This document shows, piece by piece, positions 54,810-63,494 of a stretch of 63,494 nt of DNA. This stretch comes from Coriobacteriaceae bacterium (GTDB lineage: Bacteria; Actinomycetota; Coriobacteriia; Coriobacteriales; QAMH01). Where the stretch lies: positions 1-63,494 of the forward strand of contig JAJQAN010000022.1 of assembly GCA_021203765.1 (NCBI GenBank). The letters are read 5' to 3'. Within the stretch, counting starts at the first letter, position 1; every line of letters begins with the position of its first letter. A model generated the notes under the pieces. It saw only the letters and a list, made by a program, of their open reading frames with translations, searched no databases and was not told the origin of the DNA. The translations under genes were made by a program, and so were the position numbers.

Positions 54810-55451
54810 TTACAGCCCTTCGAACAGATCGGCGAGTTGGGCGCGGATGGCCTCCTGCGTTTTCTCCCGGCTGGAGGCGGTCTGTATGAGACGGATGCGT
54901 TGCGGATCCTGTGCGGCGAGCGTATCGAAACCGTCATGGACCCGTTCGTGGAAGTCCGCGCCGGCCGCCTCGATGCGGTCCGCATGTGCCGCTCCTGTCT
55001 GCTCGGTCGCCCGTTGCAGGCCGGCCTGTGCGTCGAGTTGTAGCAGGATTGTCCGGTCGGGGACGCAGTCGCCTATGGTCGCGGCGTTCAGCTGCTCGAT
55101 CAGCGCGATGTCCAGCCCGCGTCCGAAGCCCTGGTAGGCGACGGTCGAGTCGATGAAACGGTCGCAGAGGACGACCTGTCCGTCCTGCAGCGCCGGTGCG
55201 ATGACCTCCGTGACGATCTGGGCGCGTGCCGCCTCGTAAAGCAGCAGTTCGGTGAGCGGCTCCATGTCGGACAGGGAAGGGTCGAGGAGTATCTCACGGA
55301 TTCGCTCGCCGCTTGCGGTGCCGCCTGGCTCGCGCACCTGGCAGACCGTATATCCGAGTTCTTCGAGGCGTGAGGCGAGCAGCTTGATGTGCGTGCTTTT
55401 GCCGCAGCCCTCCCCGCCTTCGAAGGTTATGAATGTGCCTTTTGCAGACAT
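54810..55451 (-). CDS. tmk: Thymidylate kinase
   Basis: FITFEGGEGCGKSTH P-loop and DRFIDSTVAYQG. Confidence 0.93.
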   Translation of the reverse strand: MSAKGTFITFEGGEGCGKSTHIKLLASRLEELGYTVCQVREPGGTASGERIREILLDPSLSDMEPLTELLLYEAARAQIVTEVIAPALQDGQVVLCDRFIDSTVAYQGFGRGLDIALIEQLNAATIGDCVPDRTILLQLDAQAGLQRATEQTGAAHADRIEAAGADFHERVHDGFDTLAAQDPQRIRLIQTASSREKTQEAIRAQLADLFEGL

Positions 55452-55607
55452 CGGATCGCTCCCTGTTGCAGTCGTGCGCCGTCGGTGCGGCGTCGGCTGT
55501 GATCGTGCCGTGACGCGCCCGCAGACGTGTCCGGTGTCGTCACAGGATTATACCGACTGATTCCGGCGAGCACCATCTGGTACACACGGCCAGGTGCCGG
55601 TTTTAAG

Positions 55608-56039
55608 CTAGTTGTCCTCGGGCTTTTTACCGGAAATGAAGCGTGAGCCCTTGTCCTCGAAGAAGTACTTGCGGCTGAAGAAGTTGTAGAGGGAGGTCAG
55701 GGCGGCGGCCATGAGCTTGGCGAGCCACGAGGGTATGTGGATGAGGACGAAGAGCCATAAGAAGAGCTGGTTTACTCCCAGCCCGATGAGGCTCAAGATG
55801 ACGAAGAGCACGAACTGGAGCCGGCGCGTCTGTCCCTCGCGCCCTGCATAGACGAACCGCATGTTCAGCACGAAACTGACGATGGTACCGCAGGTATAGG
55901 ATATGGTCGAAGCCACGAGATAGTAGACTCCGAAGGTCTCGTTTAAGAGCAGGAAGATGGCGTAATCGAAGGCGAAGGCGAGGAGTCCGACGGCGGCAAA
56001 GCGCAGGAATTGGCTGAGAAGTTGCTTCATGACAGACAT
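55608..56039 (-). CDS. GtrA-family membrane protein
   Basis: 143 aa. FLRFAAVGLLAFAFDYAIF and four TM helices. Confidence 0.8.
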   Translation of the reverse strand: MSVMKQLLSQFLRFAAVGLLAFAFDYAIFLLLNETFGVYYLVASTISYTCGTIVSFVLNMRFVYAGREGQTRRLQFVLFVILSLIGLGVNQLFLWLFVLIHIPSWLAKLMAAALTSLYNFFSRKYFFEDKGSRFISGKKPEDN

Positions 56040-56104
56040 TCTAGCGCCGCCTCGGTATAATTTCTATCGTGTACGCTGCTCAACGACGCAAGGGAGACGA
56101 TGTC

Positions 56105-56878
56105 ATGAAGGTCGTTATCCTGGCCGGAGGTTTCGGGACGCGCATCTCCGAAGAGAGCCATCTGCGCCCCAAGCCGATGATCGAAATCGGCCGCAAGCCC
56201 ATCCTGTGGCACATCATGAAGATCTACTCCGCCTACGGCTTCAATGACTTCGTCATCTGCGGCGGCTACAAGCAGGAGGTCATCAAGGACTACTTCAACA
56301 ACTACGCCCTCTACAATAGCGACGTGACCTTCGACTTTACCCAGGGCGGCCAGATGACCGTCCACACCGAGGCCTGCGAGCCGTGGAAGGTCACCGTCAT
56401 CGACACGGGCTACACCACCATGACCGGTGGGCGCATCAAGCGCATCCAGCCCTATGTCGACGGCACCTTCATGCTCACCTACGGAGACGGGGTCGCCGAC
56501 GTTGACCTTTCCGCGCTGGCCGACTTCCACCAAGGCCACGGGAAGACGGCGACGCTCACCGCGGTCAACCCGGGCCAGCGCTTCGGTGTCTTGGACATCG
56601 AGGACGGACAGGTCCTGTCGTTTCGCGAGAAGCATGACGAGGACGGCGCCTCCATCAACGGCGGCTTCATGATGCTCGAGCCGGCCGTCTTCGACCTGCT
56701 CGACGGCGACGGCTGCGTCTTCGAAGAGGAGCCCCTCACGACGCTTGCCGAGACCGGCCAGCTTATGGCCTATCGGCACAACGGGTTTTGGCGCTGCATG
56801 GACACCCAGCGCGATCACCGCGAACTCGAAGAGCTCTGGGAGACGGGCAAGGCGCCCTGGAAAATCTGGGACGATTGA
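56105..56878 (+). CDS. rfbF: Glucose-1-phosphate cytidylyltransferase
   Basis: MKVVILAGGFGTRISEESHLRPKPMIEIGRKPILWHIMK. RBS AAGGGAG. Confidence 0.92.
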   Translation: MKVVILAGGFGTRISEESHLRPKPMIEIGRKPILWHIMKIYSAYGFNDFVICGGYKQEVIKDYFNNYALYNSDVTFDFTQGGQMTVHTEACEPWKVTVIDTGYTTMTGGRIKRIQPYVDGTFMLTYGDGVADVDLSALADFHQGHGKTATLTAVNPGQRFGVLDIEDGQVLSFREKHDEDGASINGGFMMLEPAVFDLLDGDGCVFEEEPLTTLAETGQLMAYRHNGFWRCMDTQRDHRELEELWETGKAPWKIWDD

Positions 56879-57969
56879 TGGATGCGCTGCTCGACTTCTT
56901 CGCCGGCAAGTGTGTTTTAGTCACCGGCCATACCGGCTTCAAGGGCTCGTGGCTTTCCTTCATGCTGGCGCAGGCAGGTGCCGACGTCGTCGGCTATTCA
57001 CTTGCCGCGCCGACGAGTCCCCATCTCTACGGTCTGGCGCACGTCGAAGACGGCATGACATCGTATCTGGGAGATGTCTGCCGTATCGAACAGCTCGAAG
57101 CCATGTTCGAGTTGGAGCCCGAGATCGTCTTTCATCTGGCAGCGCAGCCGATCGTGCGCGACTCCTACGACGACCCGCATGCCACCTTCGAGATCAACAC
57201 GCAGGGCACCCTCAACGTGCTCGAGTGCGCGCGGCAGGCGCCATCGGTGCGCTCGCTGGTAAACGTCACGACCGACAAGGTCTACTTCAACGAGGAGCTT
57301 CCGGACTACGCCTATGCCGAAGAGGACAAGCTCGAAGGCTACGACCCGTACAGCAATTCGAAGTCCTGCTCGGATCTGATGACCCGCTCGTATGCCCGCT
57401 GCTTTTTGGATGCGGCAGGCTGCGCGACGTCGACGGCACGGGCCGGCAATGTCATCGGCGGCGGGGACTTCGCCAACGACCGCGTCATCGCCGACTGTGT
57501 GAGGGCCGCCGCCGAAGGGCACGAGGTGCTGGTGCGCAATCCGGACTCCGTCCGTCCCTTCCAGCATGTCCTCGAACCGCTTTCCGCTTATCTGCTCATC
57601 GCCAAGAGCCAGTACGAGGACGCCTCGAAGGCGGGAAGCTACAACGTCGGCCCCGACGAATGCGACTGCGTGACGACGGGCGAACTCGTGGATTTGTGGT
57701 GTTCCCGCTGGGAGGGGGCCACCTCCCGCTGCGTCGATGAGAAAGCGTCCGGCGCTGCAGATTCCGCGGCGCAGACAGAACCCGATAAACACGAAGCCGG
57801 TTTCTTGAAGCTCGACAACTCCAAGATCAAGCGGGATCTGGGCTGGCGCCCGCGCTGGCACATCGACGAGGCCGTCGCCCGGACGGCCGAATGGACGCGC
57901 GCCTGGCTCGACGGAGACGACATCGCGGCGTGCATGCGCGCGCAGATCGACGACTATTTCGCAAGCTGA
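56878..57969 (+). CDS. rfbG: CDP-glucose 4,6-dehydratase
   Basis: VLVTGHTGFKGSWL and YSNSKSCSDL (YxxxK). TGATG overlap with rfbF. Confidence 0.9.
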   Translation: MDALLDFFAGKCVLVTGHTGFKGSWLSFMLAQAGADVVGYSLAAPTSPHLYGLAHVEDGMTSYLGDVCRIEQLEAMFELEPEIVFHLAAQPIVRDSYDDPHATFEINTQGTLNVLECARQAPSVRSLVNVTTDKVYFNEELPDYAYAEEDKLEGYDPYSNSKSCSDLMTRSYARCFLDAAGCATSTARAGNVIGGGDFANDRVIADCVRAAAEGHEVLVRNPDSVRPFQHVLEPLSAYLLIAKSQYEDASKAGSYNVGPDECDCVTTGELVDLWCSRWEGATSRCVDEKASGAADSAAQTEPDKHEAGFLKLDNSKIKRDLGWRPRWHIDEAVARTAEWTRAWLDGDDIAACMRAQIDDYFAS

Positions 57970-58023
57970 ACGTGGGCGTCGCCCCTGCGTTACAGCGGCC
58001 GGCAGGAAGAAAGGAGCCGAGGG

Positions 58024-59367
58024 ATGTTCGAGGGTATGAGCGAGGAGGAAGCCCGCCGGCAGATCCTTGATATGGTCGGCGCATACTGCGACACTTATCA
58101 CGGCTCCAAAGAACCGTGGCAGGAGGGCGACTACATCCCCTATGCGGCCCGCGTCTACGACCATGCCGAGATGGAAAGCCTCGTCGACGCCTCGCTCGAG
58201 TTCTGGCTGACCGCCGGACAGAGGACCGAGGATTTCGAGAAGAAGCTCGGAGACTATCTCGGCGTCCAGCATGTCAGCTTCGTCAACAGCGGATCGTCCG
58301 CCAATCTACTCGCCTTCATGGCGCTGACGAGCGATGAACTCGGTGAGCGTGCCATCAAACGCGGAGACGAGATCATCACGGTCGCGGCGGGCTTTCCGAC
58401 GACGATCGCGCCCTGCGTGCAGTTCGGCGTCGAGCCGGTCTTCGTCGACGTGACCATTCCGCAGTACAACGTCGACGTCACCCAACTCGAAGAGGCATAC
58501 GGTCCGCGTACCAAGGCGGTCATGCTCGCGCACACCCTCGGCAACCCCTTTGACGTCGCGACCGTCAAGGCCTTCTGCGATGCCCATGACCTGTGGCTCA
58601 TCGAGGACAACTGCGATGCGCTCGGATCGACCTACACCTTGGACGGCGTGACGGCCAAGACGGGGACCTTCGGCGACATCGGCACGAGCAGCTTCTATCC
58701 GCCCCATCACATGACGACCGGCGAGGGCGGCGCGGTCTACACGGGCGATGCCCAGCTGCATCGGATCATACGCTCGCTGCGTGACTGGGGGCGTGACTGC
58801 GCCTGCGAAAGCGGCCAGGACGATCGCTGCGGCCATCGCTGGGACGGTACCTACGGCGAGTTGCCCAAAGGCTACGACCACAAATACGTGTATTCACATT
58901 TCGGCTACAACCTCAAGGCGACCGATCTGCAGGCAGCCATCGGGCTCGCGCAGCTCGACAAGCTCGACGGTTTCGTCGCAGCCCGCAAGGAGCGCTTTGC
59001 GTGGATCGAGGCCGGCCTGACGGGCTGCGACGGCCTGATCCTGCCGCAGGCCTGTCCCCATGCCGACCCGAGCTGGTTCGGCTACTGCATCACCTGCGAG
59101 GACGGCATCGACGCGACCGTGCTCACGCAGGCGCTCGAGGCGCGGGGCATCCAGACGCGGCGCCTGTTCGCCGGAAACATCGTCAAGCATCCCTGTTTCG
59201 ACGAGATGCGCGCGTCGGGGGAGGGCTATCGCTTAATCGGCGACCTGCCGGCCACCGACCGCATCATGCGTGACACCTTCTGGATCGGCACCTACCCCGG
59301 CATGTCCGAGGAACAGTGCGCGTTCATGGCGCGTGCGCTGCGCGAGGAGACCGCGCGGCTGTCGTGA
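58024..59367 (+). CDS. rfbH: CDP-6-deoxy-L-threo-D-glycero-4-hexulose-3-dehydrase (E1, RfbH/DdhC-like; DegT family)
   Basis: SFYPPHHMTTGEGG has His where aminotransferases carry the PLP lysine. The Fe-S cysteine motif is RDWGRDCACESGQDDRCGHRW. Confidence 0.85.
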   Translation: MFEGMSEEEARRQILDMVGAYCDTYHGSKEPWQEGDYIPYAARVYDHAEMESLVDASLEFWLTAGQRTEDFEKKLGDYLGVQHVSFVNSGSSANLLAFMALTSDELGERAIKRGDEIITVAAGFPTTIAPCVQFGVEPVFVDVTIPQYNVDVTQLEEAYGPRTKAVMLAHTLGNPFDVATVKAFCDAHDLWLIEDNCDALGSTYTLDGVTAKTGTFGDIGTSSFYPPHHMTTGEGGAVYTGDAQLHRIIRSLRDWGRDCACESGQDDRCGHRWDGTYGELPKGYDHKYVYSHFGYNLKATDLQAAIGLAQLDKLDGFVAARKERFAWIEAGLTGCDGLILPQACPHADPSWFGYCITCEDGIDATVLTQALEARGIQTRRLFAGNIVKHPCFDEMRASGEGYRLIGDLPATDRIMRDTFWIGTYPGMSEEQCAFMARALREETARLS

Positions 59368-60344
59368 GGATTTCGAAGGACAAGACCACGCCTGCCCGAC
59401 CGCGCATCCGCGTGCTGATGACGACCTACAACGGGGAGAAGACCGTCGTCGACCAGGTCGAAAGCATCCTTGCCCAGCAAGACGTCGAGGTGGCGCTGCT
59501 GATCGCCGATGACTGCTCGAGCGACGCGACACGGAGCATCTTGGAAAGGCTGGCCGCCGAGCATGACAACATCGAGCTCATCTTCAACGAGTCCAACAAG
59601 GGCTGCTCGAAGAATTTCATGGACCTCATCTATGCCTGCGACGTGGATGACTGCGACTTTGTCGCGCTGGCCGACCAGGACGACGTGTGGCATCCCGACA
59701 AACTGGCTGCGGCCGTCTCGTGTCTGGATGCGAAAAGCGACCGCCCCGAGCTCTACTATGCCGGCATCGACAACGTCGGTGCGCAGGGGAATTCCTTGGG
59801 CAATGAATACGCCCCCTACCGTGTCTGCGCCGACAATTACGCGAGCCTGTTGCTCGTGCAGAACTGGTGTCTCGGTTGTACGACGCTCATGAACGGTGCG
59901 CTCGTCCGTCGCTTGCAGGAACATCCCGTCTACGATTTCGCCCGAATGTACGACGCTTGGATCCACATGGTCGCGCTCTACACGGGCGGCCGGGTGGTCT
60001 GCGATTTGGAGCATGCTCACGTCGACCGTCTCATCTCCGAAGACAATCTCGTCGGCGTCATGAACGAGAGGCGCTCGCCTGTCTATCTTGCGCGCAAAGC
60101 GACCAGCTGGGCGCTCGAAGGCGATCCCGAGACTTCACGCAAGCACACGGAAGCAGCACGCTGTCTCTTGCGCGAGTACGGCGATCAGATGGATGCGGAC
60201 ACGCGCGAACTCGTACAGGCGGTCGTCGAGCGGGAGACCTCGCAGGAGGCACGGGAGTTTCTGGCACAGCGCGACGATCTGGTGATGACGAGCGGGCCAC
60301 GTACCCGCTGGCTCAAATCGATGATCCGCCGCGGCCGCTTCTAG
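59364..60344 (+). CDS. Glycosyltransferase family 2
   Basis: RIRVLMTTYNGEKTVVDQVESIL...LIADDCSSD. The GTG at 59364 overlaps the rfbH stop (GTGA). Confidence 0.8.
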   Translation: MRISKDKTTPARPRIRVLMTTYNGEKTVVDQVESILAQQDVEVALLIADDCSSDATRSILERLAAEHDNIELIFNESNKGCSKNFMDLIYACDVDDCDFVALADQDDVWHPDKLAAAVSCLDAKSDRPELYYAGIDNVGAQGNSLGNEYAPYRVCADNYASLLLVQNWCLGCTTLMNGALVRRLQEHPVYDFARMYDAWIHMVALYTGGRVVCDLEHAHVDRLISEDNLVGVMNERRSPVYLARKATSWALEGDPETSRKHTEAARCLLREYGDQMDADTRELVQAVVERETSQEAREFLAQRDDLVMTSGPRTRWLKSMIRRGRF

Positions 60345-60356
60345 CGCCGCGCTCCT

Positions 60357-60385
60357 TTGTCCCTGACGTGGTGGGAGTGTAGAAT
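60357..60385 (+). promoter_or_regulatory. Candidate promoter TTGTCC-N17-TAGAAT, 6 nt upstream of the GT4 GTG start (possible leaderless mRNA)
   Basis: TTGTCC lies at 60357-60362, TAGAAT at 60380-60385 and the GTG at 60392. There is no RBS between them. Confidence 0.35.
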
Positions 60386-60391
60386 CTGCCC

Positions 60392-61627
60392 GTGCGCCAA
60401 AACGTTCACATACCCATACGCATGCGGGTACTCTTCGTCTTCTCGATCGCCAAGAGGACGGGTGGCGCCGCGCATATGTGGCTGCATCTGCTCGATGGGC
60501 TCATGCAGCGCGGGGTCGAGCCGTTCGTTCTGCTGCCCGACGGTGGCGACGGCAGCATGGAAAAAGCCCTGCAGCTACGTGGCATCACCTATGAGACCTC
60601 GTTTTACTCCTGGTGGGTCACCTCTGACGCCAACCCTCATTCCCTGATCCATCGTATCCGACGGCGCTTCGCCCATCGGCTGAACAGCAGGACCGAGCAG
60701 CGGATAGAGGAGATCATCCTCGGTCGCGGCATCGACCTCGTCTACATCTGCGACGGGACGATCACCGCAGGCATCGCCGCCGCCGAGGCACAGAAGATCC
60801 CGGTCGTCTGGCATTTCCACCAGTACATCGACGGCGGCCGTGGCGGCATCTCCTTCATCGACAGCGACGAACAGGTCGAATCAATGCTCCATCGCGTCCA
60901 GCACATCATCGCCGTCACCAAGGGCATCCGTACCGACCTGCGCACACGGTTTCCCGGTGCCGCACCCATGCGTGCCATCTACAACGGCGTGCCGGAACAT
61001 GCCTGGGTCGACGACCACCTGGCCTTCGAGAACGCCTCTGAGGATGTCGCGAACTCCCCGCTCACGTTCACCTTGGCCGGGCGTTTCGATGCCAACAAGA
61101 ACCAGATCGATGCCATCGAAGCCTTCGCCCGGATCGCCCCGTCGTACCCACGTGCACGGCTGCTCCTGGTGGGCAGCGGTACGAAGGATTGGGAGAACCG
61201 CGTCAAGCAGGCCGCGGACAAAAGCGGCGTGGGAGGGCGCATCCTGTTTTTAGGGGATATCAACGATATGACGAGCGTGTGGAAGCAGACCGATGTCGCC
61301 CTCAACTGCTCGTTCACCGAAGGCTGCAGCCTCGTTATCGCGGAGTCCATGGGAAGCGGCTGCCTCGTCTTGGGCTCGGATGCCCCCGGCAACGCCGAGC
61401 TTCTAGGCTTTCAGGTTCCGGAGGGTGAGGAAGCACCCGAGCAGCGTGCGCTGCTCTACCCCCGCGGCGATGCGGAGTGCCTGGCCGAGCAGATGGGATG
61501 GGCCGCCGAGCACGTCGAGGAGGCGCGCGTGATCGCAGAGCGCGGCAAGGCATTCGCGCGTGAGACCTTCGATCTGCCCGCACAGGTCGCCGAGATACAT
61601 GAGACCTTCGCCGAGGTCATGGCATGA
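60392..61627 (+). CDS. Glycosyltransferase family 4 (GT-B, EX7E type)
   Basis: MRVLFVFS...RTGGAAH. The C-terminal region reads DVALNCSFTEGCSLVIAESMGSGCLVLGSD. An alternative ATG start lies at 60422. Confidence 0.8.
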   Translation: MRQNVHIPIRMRVLFVFSIAKRTGGAAHMWLHLLDGLMQRGVEPFVLLPDGGDGSMEKALQLRGITYETSFYSWWVTSDANPHSLIHRIRRRFAHRLNSRTEQRIEEIILGRGIDLVYICDGTITAGIAAAEAQKIPVVWHFHQYIDGGRGGISFIDSDEQVESMLHRVQHIIAVTKGIRTDLRTRFPGAAPMRAIYNGVPEHAWVDDHLAFENASEDVANSPLTFTLAGRFDANKNQIDAIEAFARIAPSYPRARLLLVGSGTKDWENRVKQAADKSGVGGRILFLGDINDMTSVWKQTDVALNCSFTEGCSLVIAESMGSGCLVLGSDAPGNAELLGFQVPEGEEAPEQRALLYPRGDAECLAEQMGWAAEHVEEARVIAERGKAFARETFDLPAQVAEIHETFAEVMA

Positions 61628-62595
61628 GCGTCGTGCAAGGTCCCCTCGTCAGCATCATCACACCCGCCTACAACGCCGAGCGCGACCTCGAATGCTGCCT
61701 GATTGGCATACTCGGCCAGACCTACGAGAACTTCGAGGCCGTCATCGTCGATGATGGCTCGACCGACGGCACCGCGGATCTGGCGGATGCCATCGCGCAA
61801 AGCGACGAGCGCGTCCGGGTCCTCCACATCGAAAACGGCGGCCCGGCCGTCGCCCGCAACGCCGGCCTCGATGAAGCGCGCGGCAGCTGGATTACCTTCG
61901 TCGATGCCGACGACCTCATAAACCCGACCTATCTCGAGCGGCTGGCCCGTGTTCAAAGCGAGACGAAGGCTGACATCGTGATCAGCGACTGCATGATGGT
62001 CGAGCATGGCAACGAGCGCCGATTCGGCATGGCCGTCCCGGATAGGATCTATCGCTTCCGCGACGACCTGTGGCGTGCATTTTTGGACGACAAGATCCCC
62101 TGGTCGCTTTGGGGCAAACTCTACCGTGCTTCGCTCTTCGAGGGCATCCGCGCCGATCCCGACGACTACATCGCCGAGGACCTGGACATGAACGCCCGCA
62201 TCTTCGCACGCGACGAACTCTGCGTCGCGACTACCGACGAGGCAGGCTATTTCTATACGATGCGCGCCGGAAGCGTCGACCAAAGCTTCACCGAGCGGCA
62301 CCTCTGCCAGTTCGACGTCTTCGAGCGTGTCTTCGAGCAGGCGGTCGAGCTTGACGAAACCCTCGCAGGCCGTGCCGCGGTCTTTTACGAGGAGCGGGTC
62401 TTGAGCTGCCTGCGCAAGGCGATCGATGCCAAGGCACTTGATCCGCAGACGACCTCCGCCTTCCGCGAGGCGCTGGCCGCGCACCGTTCGGACGTGCTGT
62501 CGGATAAAGATGCCCCCGGCGCGCTCAAACGGCGCCTGGTCGCCAGCATGCTCGGGCCGCACGCCTACAGCGTTCTGCGGCACGTGTTCGGATAG
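61624..62595 (+). CDS. Glycosyltransferase family 2
   Basis: VSIITPAYNAERDLECCL, VIVDDGSTDGT and FVDADD. ATGA overlap with the GT4 gene. Confidence 0.85.
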   Translation: MSVVQGPLVSIITPAYNAERDLECCLIGILGQTYENFEAVIVDDGSTDGTADLADAIAQSDERVRVLHIENGGPAVARNAGLDEARGSWITFVDADDLINPTYLERLARVQSETKADIVISDCMMVEHGNERRFGMAVPDRIYRFRDDLWRAFLDDKIPWSLWGKLYRASLFEGIRADPDDYIAEDLDMNARIFARDELCVATTDEAGYFYTMRAGSVDQSFTERHLCQFDVFERVFEQAVELDETLAGRAAVFYEERVLSCLRKAIDAKALDPQTTSAFREALAAHRSDVLSDKDAPGALKRRLVASMLGPHAYSVLRHVFG

Positions 62596-62682
62596 GATGC
62601 TTTTCCCTGCATAAAGAAAACGTCCCGGCCGCCGATCGGGCAGCCAGGGCGTCTGCTTCAGGAGCGGAAACGAGATCCGAGT

Positions 62683-63063
62683 CTATGCTTCGTCCGCCGC
62701 CTCTTTCGCCTCTTTCAGTTCCTTGTCCGAAGCGTCGTGCAGCTCCTTGCGCGCTGCGGCCTTCTCCTCGTCCGTCTTGTGCGGGATGAGGCCGGCGATG
62801 ACAGCCAGCACGATGCCGGCGAGCCCGTAGATGAGCAGCGGGAGGCTGGCGCGGTTCCACGCACCGTCTCCGAGATAGATGACGGAGCGGATGCCTTCAC
62901 TGATGTAATGCTGCGGTGCCCACGGATAGATCCAGTCCTGCCAGAAGGTCGGGAGCATCTCGTAGGGCAGGTTGCCTGTCATCATGCCGAATGCCATGAA
63001 CACAATCATGATGACGGCGCCCAGGGCCATCGATATGTTGATCGCACCGATGTAGAGCAGCAT
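62683..63063 (-). pseudogene. Isolated C-terminal membrane segment resembling YhgE/Pip / ABC-2-type permease proteins (possible gene remnant or small independent ORF)
   Basis: 126 aa. MLPTFWQDWIYPWAPQHYISEGIRSVIY resembles the C-terminal region of much larger YhgE/Pip-type proteins. Only about 160 nt of AT-rich DNA separate it from the divergent TetR gene, so there is no room for the usual N-terminal part. Confidence 0.35.
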
Positions 63064-63226
63064 GATACAGAAGCTGTTTTCCTTTCGTGTTCGGATAAAA
63101 AGGAGAAGGCTTTGACCTGCGCCTTCCTATCGGCTATGCTTGCCGTCGGGTATTTTATTGGACTTGTTGTCTAATAAAAATATAAAAAATAGGCGCCATG
63201 CCTAATTAATTGAAAGAGGCGCTGTC

Positions 63227-63494
63227 ATGGCGAGACCGAGGAAAGAACAGGACGGCCCGTCCGCACTCGAGCGCATGGAAGAAGCGTTTTGGGAAGAGCT
63301 CGAAGAAAAGCCTTACGCGAAGATAACCGTTACCGACATCGTTAAAAAAGCGCAGGTCAACCGCAATGCCTTCTACTATCATCACGACGATCTCGACGAT
63401 CTTGCCCACAAGGCTGTCTCGAACCTCCTGCTTGCCGGTGGCGCGAATGTCATCGTCGAACTTGTCGGCATGGAAGACAGGTCCACCGAAGAGG
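63227..63494 (+). CDS. TetR-family transcriptional regulator, N-terminal part; 3' end lies outside the window
   Basis: MARPRKEQDGPSALERMEEAFWEELEEKPYAKITVTDIVKKAQVNRNAFYYHH is the TetR HTH signature. RBS GAAAGAGG. The ORF is open to the window edge and is not in the ORF track. Confidence 0.75.
   Translation, partial: MARPRKEQDGPSALERMEEAFWEELEEKPYAKITVTDIVKKAQVNRNAFYYHHDDLDDLAHKAVSNLLLAGGANVIVELVGMEDRSTEE

Noticed and set aside
63206-63409. A 67-aa minus-strand ORF at the right edge.
   Set aside because: It is antisense to an open reading frame with a clear TetR HTH signature and RBS (63227 onward).
1-63494. A scan for CRISPR arrays, tRNA/rRNA genes, IS elements, integrases, phage genes, toxin-antitoxin pairs and known defence-system genes.
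   Set aside because: I could see no spaced direct-repeat arrays, no cloverleaf-sized conserved intergenic RNAs (most gaps are under 150 nt) and no transposase, integrase or defence-type protein motifs in any frame. Absence is by eye only and should be confirmed with tRNAscan-SE, Infernal, ISEScan and DefenseFinder.

Overview
The window is high-GC chromosomal DNA. Its gene content and style look actinobacterial and fit best with a Coriobacteriia/Eggerthellaceae-like anaerobe; that placement is inference only. I call about 60 protein genes. I recognised no rRNA, tRNA, CRISPR array, integrase or transposase.

Gene order, left to right:
- An efflux adaptor fragment, a single-ORF TsaB-RimI-TsaD fusion, groES-groEL, an aminotransferase and ddl.
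- A DtxR-family regulator with a small Cys-rich membrane protein.
- Two tandem trigger-factor paralogs.
- A visibly lower-GC stretch of about 15 kb (roughly 10.7-25.6 kb). It encodes a lipoprotein, a poly-ferredoxin protein, two acidic proteins of unknown function, a Tat-exported bis-MGD molybdopterin oxidoreductase operon (catalytic, 4Fe-4S and membrane-anchor subunits), a TorD-like chaperone, a NapG/NapH-like pair and a polytopic membrane LuxR-type regulator.
- A tightly coupled tatA/B-tatC-hypA-hypB string, comF, a type IA topoisomerase and putP.
- A cysK / Rrf2 / nifU-nifS block with a shared palindromic operator.
- MOSC, an SDR oxidoreductase, thiSFGH-thiE, cysE, a two-domain PPK2 and a split chromate transporter.
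- mdh with split class I fumarase, a HIBADH-like protein, DegV, pncB and ricT-holB-tmk.
- A glycan locus (gtrA, rfbF-rfbG-rfbH and three glycosyltransferases), then a truncated YhgE/Pip-like fragment and a partial TetR gene at the right edge.

The best candidates for something new are the uncharacterised genes around the orphan molybdoenzyme operon with its two membrane electron-input modules, the duplicated trigger factors with a degenerate ribosome-docking motif, the triple t6A-gene fusion, and the Rrf2 operator set.

All functional calls come from reading motifs in the supplied translations by eye. No database search was run.
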